Origin: Cyanobacteria bacterium P01_A01_bin.123
GTDB lineage: Bacteria > Cyanobacteriota > Cyanobacteriia > Phormidesmidales > Phormidesmidaceae
Direction of reading: 5' to 3'
Length of the DNA stretch: 34,634 nucleotides
Assembly: GCA_039815185.1 (NCBI GenBank)
Contig: JBCBZT010000065.1
Location: forward strand, 1 to 34,634
A model generated the notes under the pieces. That model saw only the letters and a list, made by a program, of their open reading frames with translations, ran no database searches and had not been told where the DNA came from. Position 1 is the stretch's first letter; each line of letters starts with the position of its first letter. Below, piece after piece: positions 1 through 7,481 of this stretch. The position numbers and the translations under genes were made by a program.

Positions 1-1
1 C

Positions 2-856
2 GTTGACGCTGTAGCGGTAGATGTCACCGCAGAAATCCCCCAACAAAAATCCTTGCCCGATCGCCAAGGCATTGGCGGCGTTAAGAATATTGTGGCCATC
101 TCCAGTGGCAAAGGCGGAGTCGGCAAGAGCACTGTTGCGGTCAATTTGGCCGTGGCTTTAGCCCAGGCAGGGGCCAGCGTGGGGTTGATTGATGCTGATA
201 TCTACGGGCCCAATGCACCGTTGATGTTGGGTCTGTCAGGGGCTGGCGTGATGGTACGTCAGGGTGAGCAAGGCGAGGTGCTCGAACCAGCCTTTAACCA
301 TGGCATCAAGCTGGTGTCGATGGATTTTTTGATTGATCGCGACCAACCCGTTATTTGGCGCGGCCCCATGCTCAATGGGGTCATTCGCCAATTCTTGTAT
401 CAAGTGCAGTGGGGCGAGTTGGATTATCTGGTGGTCGATTTACCGCCCGGAACCGGTGATGCCCAGTTGACCCTAGCCCAGGCCGTGCCAATGGCGGGGG
501 CTGTGATTGTGACGACGCCCCAGTCTGTGGCATTGGCGGACGCTCGGCGGGGTTTGAAGATGTTCCAGCAATTACAGGTGCCCGTCATTGGCATTGTGGA
601 GAACATGAGCTACTTTATTCCCCCAGACATGCCCGATAAACGCTACGACATTTTTGGTTCCGGGGGAGGCCAAAAAACCGCAGAAGAACTCGACATTCCT
701 TTGTTGGGCTGTGTCCCCCTAGAAATACCAGTACGTGACGGGGGCGATCGCGGGGTGCCGATCGTGGTCAATCAGCCAGATTCGGATTCAGCTAAAGCCT
801 TGGCTGCGATCGCCCAACAAGTTGCCGCTAAGATCTCTGTTGCTGCTTTGAGTTAA
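2..856 (+). CDS. mrp: Mrp/NBP35 (ApbC) family Fe-S cluster carrier ATPase, 5' end truncated by the window edge
   Basis: The frame is open from position 2 (VDAVAVDVTAEIPQQKSLPDR...). It has the deviant Walker A GKGGVGKS plus DADIYGP, WRGPM, DLPPGTGD and ENMS motifs. Confidence 0.93.
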   Translation, partial: VDAVAVDVTAEIPQQKSLPDRQGIGGVKNIVAISSGKGGVGKSTVAVNLAVALAQAGASVGLIDADIYGPNAPLMLGLSGAGVMVRQGEQGEVLEPAFNHGIKLVSMDFLIDRDQPVIWRGPMLNGVIRQFLYQVQWGELDYLVVDLPPGTGDAQLTLAQAVPMAGAVIVTTPQSVALADARRGLKMFQQLQVPVIGIVENMSYFIPPDMPDKRYDIFGSGGGQKTAEELDIPLLGCVPLEIPVRDGGDRGVPIVVNQPDSDSAKALAAIAQQVAAKISVAALS

Positions 857-857
857 T

Positions 858-2123
858 ATGCCCCAACGATCGATTGCTCAACATCCCTGGTCAAAGTGGT
901 TTAAGGCCTGGCAGGGTCTTGACTGGCTATTGATTTTCTTGCCTGTGGTGATGACCATTTTTGCCAGTATCGTCATTCTCAGCACGCAAATTAACCTAGA
1001 GCAAACGGCTTTTGGCTGGAATCATCTGATTATGGGAAGCCTGAGCCTGGTGCTTACCCTGCTGATTGCCCGCAGCCGTTACGAAAACCTGATTCGCTGG
1101 CAGTGGATTGTCTATGCGGCAACCAATCTGTCACTGCTGGCTGTAATTTTTGTGGGTACAGTCGGGTCTGGGGCGCAGCGGTGGATCACTATCGGCGGGT
1201 TTAACGTCCAGCCTTCTGAATTTGCCAAGTTGGGGTTGATTATTACCTTGGCTGGTGTGTTACGGGGGCGTGAGGCTTCCACTATTTTGGGGTTAGTCAA
1301 AGCGTTGGCCATTACTGCTGTGCCTTGGTCACTGGTATTTCTCCAGCCAGATTTAGGCACATCCTTGGTGTTTGGTGCGATTACCCTAGGCATGCTCTAT
1401 TGGGGCAATGCCAATCCAGGGTGGCTCATCCTGCTGATTTCTCCCTTGGTCTCAGCCATTGTGTTTCATTTTAGCTTGCCAATTTGGCTGGGGTGGGTAG
1501 CCTTGATGGGCGTGATTGGCTGGTTTACCCTGCCTCGGCCACTGTTGAGTAGCATTGCGGCAATCGTGATGAACTTGATTTCAGCCAAGCTCGGGGAAGT
1601 CCTGTGGGGAGTCCTTAAGGATTATCAGAAGGATCGGTTAATCCTGTTTTTAGATCCTGATAAAGATCCATTAGGCGGCGGTTACCACCTGATTCAGTCT
1701 CGCATTGCTATTGGGGCTGGACGATTATGGGGTCGAGGACTCCACGAGGGGACTCAAACTCAACTCAACTTTATTCCAGAACAGCATACCGATTTTATTT
1801 TTTCTGCTGTGGGCGAAGAGTGGGGGTTCATCGGCGCGATCGCGCTGCTTTTGGTATTCTGGCTGATTTTTCTGAGATTAGTGATCATTGCCCAGAACGC
1901 TAAAGATAACTTTGGTTCGCTGTTGGCAATTGGTGTGCTGTCAATGCTGGTGTTTCAAGTCTGTGTCAATTTGGCTATGACGATTGGTCTGGCTCCCGTC
2001 ACAGGCATTCCGCTACCGTGGATGAGCTACGGTCGTTCTGCGTTGCTGACTAATTTTCTTGCCTTAGGACTGGTGGAATCGGTTGCCAATCACCGTCATC
2101 GATTAAAATTCACGGACTATTAA
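858..2123 (+). CDS. rodA: Rod shape-determining SEDS protein RodA
   Basis: Multi-TM protein with GAQRWI, QPSEFAK, QPDLGT, PEQHTDFIF and TGIPLPWMSYG motifs. It starts 1 nt after the mrp stop. Confidence 0.93.
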   Translation: MPQRSIAQHPWSKWFKAWQGLDWLLIFLPVVMTIFASIVILSTQINLEQTAFGWNHLIMGSLSLVLTLLIARSRYENLIRWQWIVYAATNLSLLAVIFVGTVGSGAQRWITIGGFNVQPSEFAKLGLIITLAGVLRGREASTILGLVKALAITAVPWSLVFLQPDLGTSLVFGAITLGMLYWGNANPGWLILLISPLVSAIVFHFSLPIWLGWVALMGVIGWFTLPRPLLSSIAAIVMNLISAKLGEVLWGVLKDYQKDRLILFLDPDKDPLGGGYHLIQSRIAIGAGRLWGRGLHEGTQTQLNFIPEQHTDFIFSAVGEEWGFIGAIALLLVFWLIFLRLVIIAQNAKDNFGSLLAIGVLSMLVFQVCVNLAMTIGLAPVTGIPLPWMSYGRSALLTNFLALGLVESVANHRHRLKFTDY

Positions 2124-2149
2124 ATTTGGTTCGTGAGTCTCTAAAAACA

Positions 2150-2199
2150 CAGTAAACAAATGAGTAAGCGCTTTAAAGCCTTTACTCGTTTGTTTACTG
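2150..2199 (+). terminator. 3' stem-loop of the mrp-rodA transcript
   Basis: CAGTAAACAAATGAGTAA (2150-2167) pairs with TTACTCGTTTGTTTACTG (2182-2199). The single non-Watson-Crick pair is U-G on the + strand. There is no long U tract. Confidence 0.6.
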
Positions 2200-2254
2200 G
2201 TAGAGGCTACATATTTTGAACTGGGCCGCACCTATATGTTTCCCTACTAAATCC

Positions 2255-2404
2255 CTTAAAGGCTGTTTGAGAAGTCCCAAATGCCCTGCATTTGCCCCAA
2301 ATCCCCCAATTCTGGGGGATTTTGAACTTCAAAATCTTCTAAAACTAGAGGGCAGGGGGCGTCTCAGGTAACCCTTGATATTATTTTTAAAGCGACCTCT
2401 TAAG
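2255..2404. mobile_element. Degenerate MITE-like palindromic repeat element
   Basis: Imperfect terminal inverted repeats (CTTAAAGGCTGTTTGAGAAGT vs reverse complement CTTAAGAGGTCGCTTTAAAAAT) are bounded by TTAA. Internal palindromes are AAATCCCCCA-ATTC-TGGGGGATTT (2299-2322) and GATTTTGAA-C-TTCAAAATC (2318-2336). It resembles dispersed CCCCCAATTCTGGGGG repeats of filamentous cyanobacteria. Confidence 0.55.
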
Positions 2405-2492
2405 CCCATGCCACCTTGAAAATTTGGCATCGGGGATTGAGACATCAAAGATATGCTTTAATGCCCCGAAAGGTTAAGCTCCACAAAAATAA

Positions 2493-3176
2493 TTATTCTC
2501 TAGGTGGTCTCAACCCCTGGCCTGTTGGGTTACCGGGCTCAAGTAAATAACGCCCACTGGGGCGGTTGCGAGAAGAGGGGCGGGGGCGGCGTACTCGCTC
2601 ATCATTGCGTCCCCCTCGACCGGAATAAGGCGAGTCAGCGTCACGATCTCGTCGAACCGGACGATCATCTTCTGGATACCGCTCTGAATAATCATCGCGA
2701 TAGTAAGCATCCCGCGACATTTCCAAATTGTCGCGGCTACCTAGCCTTGGACGCTCTTGCGGCAAGCGAGGATCCGAATCATAGTCTCCTCGATCCAATT
2801 CAGCCCGGAGGTTGGTGCGCGTTTCCGAACGATAGGCTGAACGGCTACTTGGGCGTGACCGATAGCGATCGCGTTCCACAGGTTCGTCATAACCGCCTGC
2901 TTGGGCTACACGTGCGTCCCGAGGTGTTCTGGAGCGAATATTTTGCACCATCAGCGTAATTACCATGCCAACCATGATGATTTGCTGAAATGCTGGTACA
3001 AGCTCCATTGTCAGGTGCGCTAACAGGAAAATCCCTGAAATCAGACCTAGAACCGCATAGATTTTATCGGAATCACGCTCATAACCGGGCTTGATCTTGT
3101 CTAAAAAGAACAAAGAGATCGCACCAATGATGAGAATGATCCCGAGCATTAAAGGAACAGGGGTTCCAAAGTTCAC
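2493..3176 (-). CDS. ycf66: Ycf66 family protein
   Basis: N-terminal three-TM domain (KPGYERDSDKIYA...FQQIIM) followed by an R/D/P-rich low-complexity tail with a RAELD motif. GTG start. Lies downstream of psbX, as is common in cyanobacteria. Confidence 0.75.
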   Translation of the reverse strand: MNFGTPVPLMLGIILIIGAISLFFLDKIKPGYERDSDKIYAVLGLISGIFLLAHLTMELVPAFQQIIMVGMVITLMVQNIRSRTPRDARVAQAGGYDEPVERDRYRSRPSSRSAYRSETRTNLRAELDRGDYDSDPRLPQERPRLGSRDNLEMSRDAYYRDDYSERYPEDDRPVRRDRDADSPYSGRGGRNDERVRRPRPSSRNRPSGRYLLEPGNPTGQGLRPPRE

Positions 3177-3431
3177 AGTGAATTCCTCTCAGAAGGGCGA
3201 TCTACCCGAACGCCGCAGGTTGTCAGAGTCAGTAAAGCGACGACTCATTCAGAGTCTGGCTTAGAAGCGTCGATCAGACCAAACAGATCATTAAGCTGTT
3301 CAGCTAAAGCACTATCAGATTACCTAAGCAGGACATCCTGCCAATGTTGAAGTACTGTGATTCAGTCGCCACGCCCATTCTAACCAGCCTGAATAAATTT
3401 GTCCTTGGCAGATTTTAGGGGCTATAGGCAA

Positions 3432-3464
3432 TTCGAGAGCACGCTAGGACTACGCACTCTCGAA
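3432..3464 (-). terminator. psbX 3' stem-loop
   Basis: On the - strand UUCGAGAGUGCG/CGUGCUCUCGAA forms 12 bp including two G-U pairs (mismatches on the + strand), 22 nt after the psbX stop. Confidence 0.6.
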
Positions 3465-3486
3465 CTGTGTTCTTGTCTCTAAGAGC

Positions 3487-3606
3487 CTAGGAGCGTTGGA
3501 TTTTGTCGCTTTGGCTAATGAAGACGAGAGCCACAGTCACTGGAATCACGATGATTACAGCACCCGCAACTAGGCTCAGCAGGAAATTAGTTAAAGATGG
3601 TGTCAT
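3487..3606 (-). CDS. psbX: Photosystem II reaction centre protein PsbX (39 aa; not in the ORF track)
   Basis: Manual translation gives [39 protein letters not shown], with the characteristic MTPSL.NF start and ISQ.DKI.RS end. Confidence 0.96.
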   Translation of the reverse strand: MTPSLTNFLLSLVAGAVIIVIPVTVALVFISQSDKIQRS

Positions 3607-3741
3607 GGAAAATGTCCTCTAAATCAGACTATGTTAATTATCTTATCGGTTTCAGGCGCCTTAGATAAACCATCATAAAGCGCCAAGTTACTTTCTGGCT
3701 GACGTCAGTACAAAGAGTCCGATAATATGAGCAGAGGCGAT

Positions 3742-3759
3742 TTTACAAAGCTTTAAACA
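3742..3759 (+). promoter_or_regulatory. Possible HLR1 (RpaB) site in the psbX/yggT divergent promoter
   Basis: TTTACAAA-GC-TTTAAACA vs consensus (G/T)TTACA(T/A)(T/A)-N2-repeat. The first half is perfect and the second is 6/8. Confidence 0.4.
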
Positions 3760-3788
3760 AACGTTCAAATTCTCTCCCCTTCTAAAAC

Positions 3789-4076
3789 ATGACGTTTTCC
3801 CTTCCCGAGATCACAAGCTTGATCACTGCCATCGTCTTGGGCTTAATGATCTTGCTGTTCATTTTCCGAATTGTCTTGACCTGGTATCCCCAAATTGACC
3901 TCAACGCCTTCCCTTACAGCTTGGTGGCTTGGCCAACGGAACCCTTCTTGATCCCGATGCGTAAATTGGTTCCGCCCATTGGAGGTGTCGATATTTCACC
4001 GATCATCTGGGTCGGTATCATTAGCTTAATTCGAGAAATCCTAGTGGGGCAGCAAGGCCTAATGAAAATGTTTTAG
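3789..4076 (+). CDS. YggT/YlmG (CCB3-like) family membrane protein
   Basis: [33 protein letters not shown] signature. Confidence 0.9.
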   Translation: MTFSLPEITSLITAIVLGLMILLFIFRIVLTWYPQIDLNAFPYSLVAWPTEPFLIPMRKLVPPIGGVDISPIIWVGIISLIREILVGQQGLMKMF

Positions 4077-5419
4077 GTTTGCATCATCTGATTAACGAAA
4101 TTGGTATAGATCTCACCATCAAGAAACTCAGCCCGTTCCAAAACGCGTTGATGAAACCCAATAGTTGTGGGCAAGCCGGTAATTGCGCATTCTCGGAGAG
4201 CCCGTTTCATCCGTCGGATGGCGGTCGTGCGATCGGGACCCCATACGATTAACTTGCCGACTAGAGAGTCATAATAAGGCGGGATTTCATAGTCAGTGTA
4301 GACGTGGGAATCCATCCGCACCCCCATACCTCCAGGGGCTAGGTAACCGCTGATCCGGCCTGGATTCGGTCGGAAGTTATGATCGGGGTCTTCAGCGTTG
4401 ATCCGGCACTCGATGGCGTGGCCCCGAATTTGGATGTCATCCTGGTTAAATGAAAGCTTCTCTCCCTGGGCAATGCGAATTTGTTCCGCGATCAAATCAA
4501 TGCCTGTGACCATCTCAGTCACGGGATGCTCCACCTGAATCCGGGTGTTCATTTCCATAAAGTAGAAACTCCCGGACTGGTCAAGCAAAAACTCAACTGT
4601 CCCAGCCCCTACATAATTGATAGACTGGGCTGCCCGGATAGCAGCTTCTCCCATTTTCTGGCGCAGATCTTCTGACAGGGCTGGGCTAGGGGATTCTTCA
4701 AGCAGTTTTTGGTGACGACGCTGAATTGAGCAGTCCCGCTCACCCAAGTGCACAACGTGGCCATGGCTATCGGCCAAGATTTGAAATTCGACATGGCGAG
4801 GGCGTTCGATGAATTTTTCCATATATACCCCTGGGTCACCAAAGGCGGCTTCAGCTTCGCCTTGGGCAGCCATGAACAGTTTTCGCAGTTCGTCGGCCTG
4901 GCGGACTAAGCGCATGCCCCTGCCGCCCCCCCCGGCAGTGGCTTTAATCATGACCGGTAGTCCGATTTGATTGGCGATCGCGATCGCTTCGGTGTCATCT
5001 TTCAACAACCCGTCACTACCCGGAACGGTCGGTACCCCGACCTGCTGCATCGTTTCTTTGGCCGTGGATTTGTCCCCCATGGCGCGGATAACTTTTGGGG
5101 TGGGGCCGATAAATGCTATTTGATGATCGGCACAAATCTCGGCAAACCGGGCATTTTCGGCTAAGAAACCATACCCTGGATGAATCGCTGTGGCGTTGCG
5201 AGTCAGGGCTGCGGCAATGATATTGGGAATGTTGAGATAGCTTTTGCTGCTGGGGGCTTCACCGATACAAACCGCTTCGTCAGCAAGCTGGACATGAAGG
5301 GCTTGGTGATCGACTGTGGAATGGACTGCGACGGTGGAGATGCCGATTTCTTCACAGGTTCGAAGAATTCGAAGCGCAATTTCTCCACGGTTTGCAATCA
5401 AAATTTTCGAAAAGCGCAT
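4073..5419 (-). CDS. accC: Acetyl-CoA carboxylase biotin carboxylase subunit (448 aa)
   Basis: Starts [15 protein letters not shown]. Contains [30 protein letters not shown] and [14 protein letters not shown]. Start moved from 5482 to the ATG at 5419. Confidence 0.97.
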   Translation of the reverse strand: MRFSKILIANRGEIALRILRTCEEIGISTVAVHSTVDHQALHVQLADEAVCIGEAPSSKSYLNIPNIIAAALTRNATAIHPGYGFLAENARFAEICADHQIAFIGPTPKVIRAMGDKSTAKETMQQVGVPTVPGSDGLLKDDTEAIAIANQIGLPVMIKATAGGGGRGMRLVRQADELRKLFMAAQGEAEAAFGDPGVYMEKFIERPRHVEFQILADSHGHVVHLGERDCSIQRRHQKLLEESPSPALSEDLRQKMGEAAIRAAQSINYVGAGTVEFLLDQSGSFYFMEMNTRIQVEHPVTEMVTGIDLIAEQIRIAQGEKLSFNQDDIQIRGHAIECRINAEDPDHNFRPNPGRISGYLAPGGMGVRMDSHVYTDYEIPPYYDSLVGKLIVWGPDRTTAIRRMKRALRECAITGLPTTIGFHQRVLERAEFLDGEIYTNFVNQMMQT

Positions 5420-5944
5420 CTGCCAGCTCGATGTGAAATGAATAGGGCTATGGAGTACAGGCTGTGATAAGCCCAGACCCATTTCCCGTGGCGGCTTAAC
5501 AAAGAACGCGACCAGCTAGGCTTGGGTCAACCCGATAGTGGTACGAGTTGACCGTTCGGCGCAAGCGATCGCCACGCACCTGCAACGATTGATATGACTC
5601 AACGGTAGCTAATCCTATCATGTGGCAGACTGATCAGAACATGGCGCTAATGTGATCCAGAAAACATGAGTAGGCAGGATAGTTGGTGATAAATCGTGTT
5701 GGGTCATGACCGATGGGTTGGAACTGTGACACTTTGAGGGGGTGGCACCCTAGATAGCCGACACCAAAGACAACCAAGTCGCTTTGGTGATGCTTAAGTT
5801 CCCATGCTGATTTAGTGAGCGGCATAGCGCTGTGCCATTGTGCTTGAACAACTTCCAACATGGTGAAAGAGCATGAGTTTTGTCGGAGATTGATTCGATC
5901 AGGACTTTCTCGTTGTCTAAGTTGTAAATCATAGGACGGTCACC

Positions 5945-6733
5945 ATGGGTAGTAGAGGGGTCGGCAATTTTTTGAGCTTTTCATTGGGAATTGTATTCCT
6001 GCTGCTGTTTATCTTCGGCATTTTGCAATGGTTGCATGTGCCTTCGGGTAGTTTTCTCGACTGGTTGATTGGTATCGCCAGCTTTTGGTGGTTGCTGGTG
6101 ATTGTGACCGTGCCATGGAACATTTACTTTGACGCTAAGGGGGTGTTGGCAGAGGCGGCTGACTCTCGCCGTAAAGCGATCGCAGTGGATGATCAGCAGT
6201 TGGCTTATGTGCAGGTGGTGGCGCAGCGATCGCTTCTAGCCGCGATCGCCCTCCATGTCCTCTCCACAATTGGGCTTTATGGCCTAGCGGCGACTGGAAT
6301 CAGTGCCATTGGTTACATCAGTTCTATTGCCGCGTTGCTGTTAACGGGCTTACGGCCTGCGATCTCGTTTTATCAGTACCTAGCTTTACGCCTGCGAGAC
6401 ATTCAACGCACGATCAAATATCCCCGTGAAGATGTGGTGGAACTTCGACAGCGGGTTGAGGCATTGGAAAGGTTGACTCAACAAGTTCAGCACCATCTCA
6501 ACCTAGACGAGCACCACGACGATAGCTGGGCAACTCAGCAAAAAAAGGTTCTAGAACATCTACAATCCGACTTGGATAAATTAGCGCTGGAACACAAAAC
6601 GCTAAAGGTAGATAATCAGGCCGAGCACGGCCAGCTGATCAAAGAAGCCCGCAATGCGATCGCACAGTTGAACGAAGACAGCCAGTTTTTAGAACACGCT
6701 CGGGAGATTATCCGCTTCTTTAAGTCTTCGTAG
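5945..6733 (+). CDS. Hypothetical membrane protein with C-terminal coiled coil
   Basis: 262-aa ORF with about four hydrophobic segments, then a heptad-like charged region. AGGA lies upstream of the ATG. Confidence 0.75.
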   Translation: MGSRGVGNFLSFSLGIVFLLLFIFGILQWLHVPSGSFLDWLIGIASFWWLLVIVTVPWNIYFDAKGVLAEAADSRRKAIAVDDQQLAYVQVVAQRSLLAAIALHVLSTIGLYGLAATGISAIGYISSIAALLLTGLRPAISFYQYLALRLRDIQRTIKYPREDVVELRQRVEALERLTQQVQHHLNLDEHHDDSWATQQKKVLEHLQSDLDKLALEHKTLKVDNQAEHGQLIKEARNAIAQLNEDSQFLEHAREIIRFFKSS

Positions 6734-6785
6734 AAGGTAATCCTGGCGATCGAAAAGAATCCTGATGCCACCAGAAATCACCTTC
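6733..6785 (-). terminator. Stem-loop between the convergent hypothetical gene and cpcT
   Basis: On the - strand GAAGGUGAUUUCUGGUG pairs with CGCCAGGAUUACCUUC (16 bp, one bulge, three G-U). Confidence 0.5.
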
Positions 6786-6835
6786 AACGTTTTCTCGTCT
6801 ATGGGAGGTGCTACCCAATCAAAGGAATCGTTCAA

Positions 6836-7426
6836 TCATGTCAGCACTTCCGAACCATGACTCGTTACCTGAGTGAAGTGGAATGGGCCTGCCACCGAAC
6901 CCCAAACCCGTTCATCGGTTTTTGGATCGCGACCGCGATCCCAACTGATTAGGGTTTCAGGGCTGACTTCAAAGGTGCTGTCCAGGTAGGTTTGTTGGTC
7001 GTTACGGGTGACCATACAGGCTTTGCCCGGTTCGATGACGGCCTTAAAAGCTGTCCCTGTCCATTCCACAATAAAATTGCAACCCGGCATTTTTTCAACT
7101 TGGTCAGGGGTCAAATCGGCAAGTCGTTCTAGATCGCGAGATGCACCGTAGAATTTTTCCGCGTCTTTGAGCGTATAGTTCTCGATCTCGATATGGTTGT
7201 CCACCCGCATCAAATTCAATACCCGGACTCGGTAGGGCTGACTCAAACTAAAGTCATAGGCCTGTTCTAGATAGAGGCTGATGCCAGAAAGAAAGTCTGC
7301 CGGTAATGGGCGCATGCAAACGCGGATATTGGCGTAAAGCGGAGGATTGGCATAGGCTTGCTCCCGGTTGCTAAAATCAGCCGCCATCCAGCGGGCCAGG
7401 GTTAACACATCGGTGGAATGACTCAT
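6836..7426 (-). CDS. cpcT: CpcT/CpeT family phycobiliprotein lyase
   Basis: MSHSTD..TLARWMAADFSN.EQA..NPP, EQAYD....PYR.R, GC and DRGRDP.T.E.VWGS.AGPF.F motifs. Start set at ATG 7426. Confidence 0.9.
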   Translation of the reverse strand: MSHSTDVLTLARWMAADFSNREQAYANPPLYANIRVCMRPLPADFLSGISLYLEQAYDFSLSQPYRVRVLNLMRVDNHIEIENYTLKDAEKFYGASRDLERLADLTPDQVEKMPGCNFIVEWTGTAFKAVIEPGKACMVTRNDQQTYLDSTFEVSPETLISWDRGRDPKTDERVWGSVAGPFHFTQVTSHGSEVLT

Positions 7427-7481
7427 GGCGTTCAATAGCAAATCAACAGTTTAAACACTCGACTGGCATCGCCAATCCGGT

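Noticed and set aside
598..650. Mrp lacks the CXXC after ENMS
   Set aside because: ENMSYFIPPD is the usual form in cyanobacterial Mrp proteins as I recall, so it is not evidence of inactivation.
2504..2959. 151-aa + strand ORF
   Set aside because: Antisense to ycf66 over its low-complexity tail, with no recognisable motifs.
4073..4076. Overlapping stop codons of convergent yggT/accC (also nblB/prmC at 22340-22347)
   Set aside because: Short convergent overlaps are common in compact bacterial genomes.
5634..5932. Two overlapping short - strand ORFs (75 and 60 aa) as a possible pseudogene or small proteins
   Set aside because: No recognisable family or clear SD. The region more likely holds the divergent promoters of accC and the 5945 gene.
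5420..5944. Possible tRNA upstream of accC
   Set aside because: No cloverleaf, T-loop GTTCRA in a proper stem, or acceptor stem found on either strand.
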